DNA from: Narcine bancroftii
Taxonomy: Eukaryota
Direction: 5' to 3'
Length of the DNA stretch: 64,000 nucleotides
NCBI RefSeq assembly: GCF_036971445.1
Contig: NC_091476.1
Span: forward strand, 153,822,001 to 153,886,000
How positions within the stretch are numbered: position 1 is the stretch's first letter; every line of letters starts with the position of its first letter. Below are positions 12,916 to 23,599 of the stretch, piece by piece. The translations under genes were made by a program, and so were the position numbers. The notes below the pieces were generated by a model. The model worked only from the letters and a program-made list of their open reading frames with translations. It searched no databases and was not told the DNA's origin.

Positions 12916-13506
12916 GCACCATCTAGACGGCCAACTCCCAATTAGGAACTTGCCACTAGAGGATAGAACTTGGGAGATTTTACCCCATCAAACCCTTTAA
13001 CCACTTCAATCATTTACAAACTCAAGAACACACAAGTTTAATCTCTGCAATCAGATTTCATTACTTAGCTCTAGTTTTGTTCTAGTAAGTCTACACAGAA
13101 CCTTCTGAAGAAAGGGCAGCTGGGTTGGTGTTGCGGCTAGTGCAATGCCTTCATAAACGTACGGTGGTGTAATTTGGGCGACACAGACTTGTTGGGCTCA
13201 ATGAGCTTGCTACAAGAAAAGTTTAATTTAAAAATTCCTTTCCCAAGGGTAAAGAGTTTGCGACCAGAGTGTCATACCTCTCCACCCTTGTACTCTGCTT
13301 ATCTCCCATAGACCAACACCTTATTCTCCATGGGGAAGTGATGTCTGTGCAGAACCTCGCATGTCCACCCTATAAACTGAGCTCAACGTTGGCATTCTAT
13401 GCTTGAGTCATTGCACAATTAACACAGTTAATCGCACCCCTTTCGCCAACAGACCTAAACCACCCTCTTCCAGTTGAGCAGAGACAGAGTAGATCATTAA
13501 ATGAAC

Positions 13507-13745
13507 ACTCACCATGGTGTTACTGTAGCTTGATCTCTCGATTCCTTCCAGGCACTTTTTGACTCAGGACATTTGCAGAGGGTAGTTGAGAAATAGCCTT
13601 TAGCCGAGAAGTTCTTCTGGGATTTAGCGAGATTTCCCGAGCCATGCGCACGTTCTTCGTTCCGCTGGAAGCCACCACAGGTGAAGCACCTGGGAGAGTG
13701 AGAGGGGCGGCACCCGCTTGCATATATCAGCAAGTTAAACAAGAC
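13507..13745 (-). promoter_or_regulatory. Candidate promoter and first (or 5'UTR) exon of a minus-strand host gene, ending ACC-ATG|gtgagt
   Basis: Non-repetitive, locally CpG-enriched; minus strand has forkhead-like TGTTTAAC (13734-13741), TATA-like ATATAT (13722-13727), Inr-like TCACTCT (A at 13699), ATG at 13513-13515 in ACC context, then consensus donor GTGAGT (13507-13512). Confidence 0.6.
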
Positions 13746-14160
13746 ACGGAGGGGATTAGATAAACTCCAAGGCGTTACAGTTATTGAAAAGTTAATTAGA
13801 GGTCACACGCAAGGTGTAGCTGGTTGAAGTTTCTATGGCTGAAGGGAAACATAGAGCAACATCAGATGGATATTCTTCTTTGCAAAGATTCTCTGCAGAG
13901 GAGCAGGGTCGGACTAAACATCACCTTGGCAAGAAGTCGTTGTTTCCCCCACTAAGACTCACAGAGATATGCAGCGCAGAACATTTTGCCCACACTGACC
14001 ATCAAAACGTCCCAGCTCATTTAATTCTGACTTCATTACCATTAATTCTACCGAAACTCTACCGCTCACCTGCACACCAGGGTAAATTTACACTGGCCAA
14101 TGAACTAACCTAGCCACTACTCAGGAAGAGGCAGTAGACTTGGTAGCTGCTCTTGTTGTT

Positions 14161-15067
14161 GCAAACACAATGCTGGAGAAACTCAGCAAGTCAAACAATG
14201 GACTACTGAGCAAAAATAAAGATTCATAAACAACATTTCAGCTTTACCCCTTCATCAAAATAGGGACAAAATGGTGGGGGGGGAGGGAAGGGGAAGATGC
14301 ACAGTCCCACAGGCAAGAGGTCATAGGTGGATCAGGGAGGGAGGGCACACCAGCAAACTGTGGGGTGGGGGGGGAGGAGGAGGGTTCTGTGAATGGAAAG
14401 GGAAGAGGTTGGAGAGCCAGAGGACAGAGTGATGGAGAAGAAGGAGGAAGAACAGGGAATAGGCTAATGGAAAATTGACGTTAATCCCATCCGGTTGGAC
14501 AGTGCTGAGATGGAAAATTAGGTGTTGCTCCTCCAATTTACAGGTAGTCTTGGTTTGACACAACATGAGGCCATGGACAGATATGTCAGAACTGGAGTGG
14601 GGCACTGTCTACATCAATGGCAGGGATCTCCCAGTGGCCAAACATTTCAATTCCATGCTCCACTCCCATCCTGACATGTCTGTCCATGGCCTCATGCACT
14701 GTCAAACCATGTCCACGTGTAAATTGGAGGAGCAACACTTCATTTTCCATCTTGGCACTCTCCAGCTGGATGGCACTAACGTTGACTTCTCCAGTTTCTT
14801 CCTCTCTCTTCTCCATCACTCTGTCTTCTTTCCTCCAGCCCTCTCCCTTATCTACCTATTACCTCCAGCCTGTGGGACTGTGCTCCTCCCCTTGCCCCTC
14901 CCACCCCCATCATTTTGTTGGGGCACCTGCCCACATTTTGTCCATACTTTGATGAAGGACTCAAGCCTGAAAAGTTGATTATATATCTTTATTTTTGCTA
15001 CATAAAATACACTGTTTGACCTGCTGAGTTTCTACTTCAACTATGGGGTCTGTAGACTTTCGTGTTT
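14161..15067. mobile_element. Penelope-like element insertion: two 3' ends in inverted orientation
   Basis: GIY-YIG C-terminal peptide on both strands (plus PVAKHFNS...KLEEQHFIFHLGTLQLDG; minus SVHGLMLCQ...KLEEQHLIFHLSTVQPDGINV); 13-bp TSD tgctc(t/c)tgttgtt at 14148-14160 and 15068-15080. Confidence 0.85.
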
Positions 15068-15189
15068 TGCTCCTGTTGTTACTGCAGGTGAAGTGGCCAC
15101 AAACAAGCTTGTGCATTCAAATCCAATTTTTTTTCACCTTTAGGATGTGGGAACTGCACCTAGCCAAGCATTTATCCGTAATTCAGTAG

Positions 15190-15415
15190 TGTTTAGTGCA
15201 ATGCTATTAAAGTGCTAGTAACCCGGGTTGAATCCTGTCTCAAAGGAGTTGGTATGTTCTTCCCATGTCTGTGTGGGTTTCCTCTGGGTGCTCCAGTTTC
15301 CTCCCACCCTTCAAAATGTACTGTATAGGGGTTATAGGTTGATTGATGTATGTGGGTGGCATAGGCTTGTGGGCCGCAAGGTCCTGTTACCATGCTATAT
15401 GTCTACATTTATTAA
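15190..15415 (+). mobile_element. V-SINE copy
   Basis: Homologous to 379-625. Confidence 0.75.
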
Positions 15416-16009
15416 AATCTCCATCTATATTTGAAAAGTTGGTGGTGACCTAGCGACTGCAAGGCTTCTGGTGAAGGTACTCCTAAAATGCTTCAGGTAA
15501 GGAGTTGCAGCACTGACGTTCGACCATGGCAAAGGAATTGTGATGTAATTGTATTTCTGAATCAGGATGATATGACACTTGGAGAAGTGTTTGCATGTGG
15601 TGGTGTTTTCACACAACATCTGGCCTTGCCCTAATTGAGGGTAAAGTTCATGGGTTTAGTATTTGCTGTTGGAGAGGTCTGGTTGAATGGGATGGTGGTT
15701 GGGCAACATGGATAGTAGAGTTGGAGACACAGGAAACAGCACTTGCTGGAATCTGAGCAATGAACAGTCTGCTGGAAGAACTCAGCAGTTCGAGCAGTAT
15801 CAGTGGGACAAAATGAATGGCTAACATTTCAGATGAGAGCCCCTCATCAAGATAGACTACAGATAGGAGATAGCCAGTATAGCAAGGACATTGTGGTAAG
15901 TTTGGACAAGGGTCAGTAGGGGTTTGGGGAACTGGGGAGGAGTGAAGGATGAGTGATAAAGGCTGTTGATTGGCAGGTGCCAGACAAAGGAAGAGAGAGT
16001 GGCAAGAGA

Positions 16010-17645
16010 AAATTCATTTCAATTCGTTTATTTTCATCTGATTATACAAGTACAACATGATGAAACAGCGTTCTCTAGTCCTCAGTGCAAAAACACGCAG
16101 ACATACAACCAGACATAACACGCATACAGATGAGAGTATCAGATGTTTACAGTGAGCAGTTTCTTTGGCCATTCAACATTCTCATTGCCCGTGGCAAGAA
16201 ACGGTTAGTGAAGGCAGCATGGTTGGCATAGCGGTTAGCGCAACACCTTTACAGTGCCAGGAATCAGGACCAGATCTGGTTTCGAATCCCATGTTCTTCC
16301 CATGTCTGCGTGGGTTTTCTCCGGGGCCTCCAGTTTCCTCCCACCATTCAAAAATATACCAGGGTGTAGGTTAATTGGGTGTAAAATGGACAGCACAGAC
16401 TCATTGAGCCAAATTGGCTTGATACAATGCTGTATGTCTAATGAAAAAAAATTTTTTTAACTGTTTCTTAGCCTGGTGGTGCTGATCTCTTCCCTGATGG
16501 GATCAGCTGAAATACGCTGTGTGCAGGGTGGAAAGAGTCCTCAATGATTGCATGCACCCTCTTCAGATAACGATGCCAGTAGATCGTGTAGATGGGTGGG
16601 AGGGAGACTCCAGTCATCCGTTCTGCCACTTTTATGGACCTGTAGATTGACTTCTGATCCATTTCTCTGCAGCAACATATCACACTGTGATGCACCAGTC
16701 AGGATGCTCTTGATAGAGCTCCTACAAAAGGTTAACATAATGATGGCCTATAGCCTTGCCCATGTAAGTCTTTTCAAGAAGTGCAGTCACTGTTGTGCCT
16801 TCCTAAGAAGCGAGGAGATGTTGATTGTCCACAATGGGTCACCAGTTAAGTGAATTCCAAGGAACTTGGTCCTTCCCATTCTCTCTACTACAGAGTTGTT
16901 GATGTGTACTGGTCTTCCTGAAGTCCATGATCATCTCCTTTGTCTTGTCCATTTTGACACTAAGGTTGTTCCTCTCACACCATTTCACAAGATTTTCCAC
17001 CTCTTCTCTGTAGTGTGACTCATCATTCTTGCTGATGAGGCCAACTACTGTGTCACCTGCAAACCTGAAGACAACATTGGAGCTGGATCTGGTGAAGCAC
17101 TCGTGGGTCAGTAGCATGAACAGAAGCAGTCTGCTCAGCCACTGCTCAGCGTGACAGTGTTCAATACTTTGCTACCGACCCGCACAGACTGTGGTCTTTC
17201 CTTTAGGAAGTCCAGGATCCAATTACAGGGAGGAGTGTTGAGTCCCAGCAAGGGCAGCTTCTCCATCAGCCTCTGGTGAACGATTATATTAAATGTCGAG
17301 CTGAAGTCAATGAATGGCAGCCTGACGTATGAGGCGTCGTTCTCCAGGTGGGCCAGGATGGAGTGAAGCGACAGGCTATAGCATTGTCTGTGGAACAATT
17401 TCTTCTATATGCAAATTGAAATAGATCCAGTGTCCCTGGGAGGTGTGCTTTGACACTCAAAGCATTTCATAATGGTGGAGGTCAGTGCCACAGGGTGGAA
17501 GTCATTGAGGCCTGTCATTCTCTTGGGTACCAGGATGATTGTGGCTGTCTTGAGCACTGCAGGAACAATGGACTACTGCAGTGAATTGTGAAGATATCCA
17601 TGAAGACCTCCATCAATTGGTCAGTGCAGTCCTTCGGTACCTGAC
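16010..17645 (-). mobile_element. Rex1/Babar LINE fragment (RT to 3' end) with a nested V-SINE at about 16213-16440
   Basis: Minus peptides [69 protein letters not shown]; multiple frameshifts. Confidence 0.88.
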
Positions 17646-19344
17646 TGGGAATATCCTCAAACCGGAAAAAGCTGTTATTTTCACATCAGCCTCAAGGTGG
17701 AGCTGCTGCATGCTCTTGTACACTGTGGGTCAACCTTGGATAGAATTCTTCTCACTTCGCTGCAGCTATGTGGGGGGCATGTTCATCAAGAGGACACAGA
17801 GAATTAGAGGTCAAGCAGGGGAAGACAAGTCATACAGAGTGAGGAGGGGGGCTGAAAACTCAAGACAAAGGCAGGTGATAACATTAATAAATTAAATGAG
17901 AGACCAGGTGGAGCTGAAAGGAGGGCCGATGCAAGAGGGTGAAGAATAAAGTGGTGAAATATGGGTGGAAGAGGATGGAACAAGAAAGGGAGGGGGGGTG
18001 TTAGGTTTTGTAAATCAAGGAAAGAAGCTGTGAACCATAGCCACATTTTCAGATAATACAAAACTGGTGCAAAGGCAAGTTGTGAGGAGGATTCAGATAG
18101 ATCACAGGGAGATATTGATAGGTTAAGTGAATAGGAAAGAAAATTGGCAAGTGAACTATAATGTACAAAAATGTGAAGTGAATTTAATTTGAGAGGAGGA
18201 ACAAAAAAAAAACAGGATATTATTTGCAGGAAGTACCATCATGAAGGGAAATTGGAACCTCACACAGAAAGCAAATGAGTAGACAGCAAAGCTAATAGAA
18301 TGTTGGCCAAAACACAGAAATAGTGGAGGAACTCAATTGGTCTCGCAGCGTCCAGAGGAGGTAAAGATATATTACTGGCGCCTGAAGGCCTGAGCCCTTC
18401 TTCAAGATATGAGTGGGAAAAGACAGGCGTCTGAATTAAAGGAAAGGAAAAGGTCAGAATGCTAGTTTTTGTTTCAAATGGGGTTGCAGTATAAAACAGA
18501 GATGTCTTACAACATCGTTTACACCAGCCATTCTTATCCTTTTTATCTGGTTATGCCCCCACCCCCACTCACCCCCCCCCCACTCAGTACTCTGTTGAAA
18601 GTTTATGGACCCCCTTCCCTGTGAAGCAGTTAAGTTTTGCTTTCTATACTCCTGCCAACTACATAAGGAAACATAGAAGATATTTATATCACATGAGATG
18701 AAAGGAAAGCAAGGCTTTTACTTAAATGTGCTGTGGCTCCCGGGGTGGGGGGGGGGGGCGGGGGTGTGGGGTGGTGCGGAGGGAGGGGGGGGTGGGAGCT
18801 GTAGGGTCCCCATTGAGAGTGAAACATGAAAGTCTTTACACGTTATGATTGTAATCAAATCACAGAAACGCCAAAGGAACTCAAGTGGTCTCGCAACCTC
18901 CATAGGCAATTAAGATATATTACCATCATTTTGGGCCAGAGCCCTTCCTTGACCAGCTGTGTGCCTTGACCCCTGTTGAGAATGGCTGGTGAGAGCAGTG
19001 CATAGTTTTCGACCCCTTATTTTAGGATTGATTTATCATTACAGGCTATTCAGAGAAGATTAATTAGGCCGACCCTTCCATAACTTCTTAAGCCTGCCTG
19101 TTCCACTCTCAACCCAAGGTTCCTTTCTGTTTAATCTTGTCAATTTAGAATTCCTTTCAACTTCCTTGTAAAGTGGTTTACTATTTGAGTTGGGGTTGGA
19201 TGGTGTCAAAATTGATCATTTCCTTTTCTGATGGAATATCCTCAAACCAGAAAAAGCTGTTATTTTCACATCAGCCGCAAGGTGGAGCTGCTGCATGCTC
19301 TTGAATTGGGTTTTGTGCCAATTAGAGAGAGTGTAATACTGGAT

Positions 19345-20971
19345 GGATTCGATGCTGCTGTCGGCCTCTGCCATCTTGAGTACTTCGATGTTGGAGATGA
19401 AGTCACTCCAATGAATGTTGAGGATGGAGCGGAGGCAACGCTGGTGGAAGCGTTCTAGGAGCCATAGGTGATGCCCGTAGAGGACCCATGATTTGGAGCC
19501 GAACAGGAGTGTGGGTATGACAATGGCTCTGTATACTCTAATCTTTGTGAGGTTTTTCATTTGGTTGTTTTTCCAAACTCTTTTGTGTAGTCTTCCAAAG
19601 GCGCTATTTGCCTTGGCGAGTCTGTTGTCTATCTCGTTGTCGATCCTTGCATCCGATGAAATGGTGCAGCCGAGATAGGTAAACTGGTTGACCGTTTTGA
19701 GTTTTGTGTGCCCGATGGAGATGTGGGGGGGCTGGTAGTCATGGTGGGGAGCTGGCTGACGGAGGACCTCAGTTTTCTTCAGGCTGACTTCCAGGCCAAA
19801 CATTTTGGCAGTTTCCACAAAACAGGATGTCAAGCGCTGAAGAGCTGGCTCTGAATGGGCAACTAAAGCGGCATCGTCTGCAAAGAGTAGTTCACGGACA
19901 AGTTGCTCTTGTGTCTTGGTGTGAGCTTGCAGGCGCCTCAGATTGAAGAGACTGCCATCCGTGCGGTACCAGATGTAAACAGCGTCTTCATTGTTGAGGT
20001 CTTTCATGGCTTGTTTCAGCATCATGCTGAAGAAGATAGTAAAGAGGGTTGGTGCGAGAACACAGCCTTGCTTCACGCCATTATTAACGGAGAAGGGTTC
20101 AGAGAGCTCATTGCTGTATCTGACCCGACCTTGTTGGTTTTCGTGCAGTTGGATAACCATGTTGAGGAACTTTGGGGGGCATCCGAGGCACTCTAGTATT
20201 TGCCAAAGCCCTTTCCTACTCATGGTGTCGAAGGCTTTGGTGAGGTCAACAAAGGTGATGTAGAGTCCTTTGTTTTGTTCTCTGCACTTTTCTTGGAGCT
20301 GTCTGAGGGCAAACACCATGTCAGTAGTTCCTCTGTTTGCGCGAAAGCCGCACTGTGATTCTGGGAGAACATTTTCGGCGACACTAGGTATTATTCTATT
20401 TAGGAGAATCCTAGCGAAGATTTTGCTTGCAATGGAGAGCAGCATGATTCCCATGTAGTTTGAGCAGTCTGATTTCTCGCCTTTGTTTTTGTACAGGGTG
20501 ATGATGATCGCATCACAAAGGTCCTGAGGCAGCTTTCCTTGGTCCCAGCAGAGCTTGAAAAACTCATGCAGTTTGGCATGCAGGTCACGTCTCCAGAATG
20601 GAGGACCATCGCCTTCCCAAGATCGTGTTATATGGCGAGCTCTCCACTGGCCATCGAGACAGAGGTGCACCAAAGAAGAGGTACACGGACTGCCTAAAGA
20701 AATCTCTTGGTGCCTGCCACATTGACCACAGCCAGTGGGCTGATATCGTCTCAAACCGTGCATTTTGGCGCCTCACAGTTCAGCGGGCAGCAACCTCCTT
20801 TGAAGAAGACCACAAAGGAGGAAAAACCCAACCAACCAATTTTCCCTTGCAACCGCTGCAACCGTGTCTGCCTGTCCTACATCGGACTTGTCAGCCACAA
20901 ACGAGCCTGCAGCTGACGTGGACATTACCCCTCCATAAATCTTCGTCCTCGAAGCCAAGCCAAAGAAGAAG
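19345..20971. mobile_element. RTE-clade LINE with inverted 5' segment (RT on minus 19345-20582; 3' end on plus 20583-20971)
   Basis: RT motifs QCGFR, FVDLTKAFD, GVKQGCVLAPTLF, LLFADD, FTYLG on minus; RMEDHRLPKIVLYGEL and the CxxC...H finger on plus; (gaa)n tail; 10-bp TSD aatactggat at 19335-19344 and 20972-20981. Confidence 0.92.
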
Positions 20972-21289
20972 AATACTGGATATATTAGTGAATGAGACAG
21001 AACAGGTGACGTAAGTATGTGTACAAGAACATTTTGGGTTAATTATGGAGAAGGATAGGTCTGGGGCTAGGGTTGAGATTCTAAATATGAGAAAGGCCAA
21101 TTTTGAAGAACTGAGAAAGGATCTAGAATGCATGAATTGGGATAAGTTGTTTTTGGGTAAGGATGTGCGAGTTAAGTGGAGAAGCCCCAAAAGTGAGAGT
21201 ACAGAATTTGTATGTTCCTGTCAGGATTAAAGGCAAGGTTAGCAGGCATAGAGAACCGTGGATTTTGAGGAATAACATAACTTTATGAT

Positions 21290-21975
21290 CAATATCTTTT
21301 GGTAGTTGCTGTGCATTATTTTGGTTATAATGCCAAATTTTTCCTGTTCATGAAAAGATTGCAACAGCCTTCTGTAGCCTTAAAATTATCACTGAGGTCT
21401 GGGTGCAACTTGGCCCACTGTAGAGCAAATGTTCTTATTTTGTTTCAGGTGACTATATACCAATCTTGCTTCTGTTCATCTACCCTTTCTGAAACATGAT
21501 TTTCCAACTCTGGTCAATGAGTGATTCCTTTTCTCAAAGAACAATGCCTTTTTGGTATTTTTCTTAAAGTCTCTTCTTTCTTCCTCCAATCTCTTATTTC
21601 TCATGCACATCAAATTTTCTTTCAGCAGCTCGGTTGTTGGTTTTCTTGGCCACTTATATTACTTTCAACTTAAAACTATTTTTGTTTTGTGGTTCATTAT
21701 GTTGATGGACCCTCCATGATAGCCATCACCTCCAGCCAACGCCCAGCAGATTAATCCGCACGATCCATGGGTTTTGTCGTATACTCCAGTCAACGGCCCT
21801 TCTCAGGCATCGCAGGCTTTGGGGGTTGACTTATACACTGGTCAATGGGGCATCTCAGGCAGCCAGAAAATTGGAATCGACTTGTATGCCGGACATACCA
21901 TAAAACCCTTAAAATGAGGCTGAAAAAGGGTGTCGAATTATTCACTGATCGACTTATACGCTAAAATAAATGGTA
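21290..21975 (-). mobile_element. Degenerate pogo/Tigger-like DNA transposon, 5' part
   Basis: Minus strand about 21590-21680 reads FKLKVI*VAKKTNNRAAERKFDVHEK (Brinker-type HTH of pogo transposases); TIR-like end gacttatacgctaaaataaatggta at 21975. Confidence 0.65.
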
Positions 21976-23367
21976 AATTGATCCTATCTGGTTTAATTAT
22001 GATTGTCTAGATCATAACATTACTTAGATATGATACCAATTGTTGGTATAATGTAACTCAAGTGGTTTATATTCATAATTATTTTAACAAATGATATCAA
22101 ATTAACAATTATGGATGAAATTTGTTGGAAAGTGCATTTATGTTAATTATATGATATGTATATGTTATGACATTCCTTTGTTATATTAGTAGATCATGTA
22201 TATAGGATTATTATGTTAAACTCAATAAAAATATTTTAAAAAGAAAGTACCATTCTGAGGTGCCATAGATATTTCTGCCATTGAAGGAGGCCCTTTGTCC
22301 CATCATATCTATTGCAATCAGAAGAGTACTCTAGTCAGGTTCACTTCCCAGCTGAAGTCTGTAGCACTGACTCACAGTGTCTTCACTGACTGCTTTAAGA
22401 GTAAAAAAAAAGGAAAGTGTGCAGAGACTGTGATTGAAATAAAAACACAAGGCTGGAGAAACTCAGCAGGTCAAACAGTGTACTTTATAGAGCAAAGATA
22501 AAGATACCTAACCAACGTTTCAGGCTTGAGCCCTTCGTCAAGGTAACTTGACTGCTTTGCAGGGAAGGGGGACCATAAACATTGAGCAAAGTCCTAAAGG
22601 AGCAAGAGGCTGTTGTAATGGATAGAACAGTTGATAGGAGCCAAGGAGATATTTTTCATCCACAGACTGGTAGGAGTCTGCAGCTCACTGTCTGGGGGAA
22701 GTGGAAGGAGAAATTCTCATCACAGTGAAGACACTGTGAGTCAGTGCTACAGACTTCAGCTGGGAAATGAACCTGACTAGAGTACTCTTCTGATTGCAAT
22801 AGATATGATGGGACAAAGGGCCTCCTTCAATGGCAGAAATATCTATGGCACCTCAGAATGGTACTTTCTTTTTAAAATATTTTTATTGAGTTTAACATAA
22901 TAATCCTATATACATGATCTACTAACATAACAAAGGAATGTCGTAACATATACATATCAAATAATTAATATAAATGCACTTTCCAACAAATTTCATCCAT
23001 AATTGTTAATTTGACATCATTTGTTAAAATAATTATGAATATAAACCACTTGAGTTACATTATACCAACAATTGGTATCATATCTAAGTAATGTTATGAT
23101 CTAGGACAATCAATAATTAAACCAGATAGGATCAATTTACCATTTATTTTGGCGTATAAGTTGATCAGTGAATAATTCCACACCCTTTTTCAGCCTCATT
23201 TTATGGTATGTCCGGCATACAAGTCGACTCCAATTTTCTGGCTGCCTGAGATGCCCCATTGACCAGTGTATAAGTCGACCCCCAAAGCTCGCGATACCTG
23301 AGATGGGCCGTTGACTGGAGTATACGACAAAACCCATAGATCGCGCGGATTGATCTGCTGGGCGTTG
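21737..23367. repeat. Inverted duplication 1: arms 21737-22388 and 22723-23367, 334-bp spacer
   Basis: Arms are reverse complements along their length with scattered substitutions and a short indel; each arm is a patchwork of pogo, L1 tail and CR1 pieces. Confidence 0.95.
22397..22548 (-). mobile_element. Short Penelope-like terminal fragment
   Basis: Same family text as 14161-14260 (gctggagaaactcagcaggtcaaacag...aacgtttcaggcttgagcccttcgtcaagg); flanked by tgactgcttt at 22387-22396 and 22549-22558. Confidence 0.75.
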
Positions 23368-23599
23368 ATTTCTCTACTACTGATTACATAAGAAAACATA
23401 AAGAATATTTTATGATTTCAGCCCCCTTTAAATGAGTTGTGCCCCCACTTGACAATGGTTACACTACAATAAAACCTAACTATCAAACTCGTCACAGGGA
23501 GATTCAAGTCCAGGGTTCCCTTCTATAAAAGCAATCCAAATAAATTATTTAAAATAGGAAAAAACATTGAAAACAACTTAATCATGGAATGAAATGAAA

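Noticed and set aside
19216-20763. 515-aa ORF as an intact gene
   Set aside because: It is a chimera: antisense RTE 3' text, then the inverted RT segment, then flanking DNA; an artefact of the inversion.
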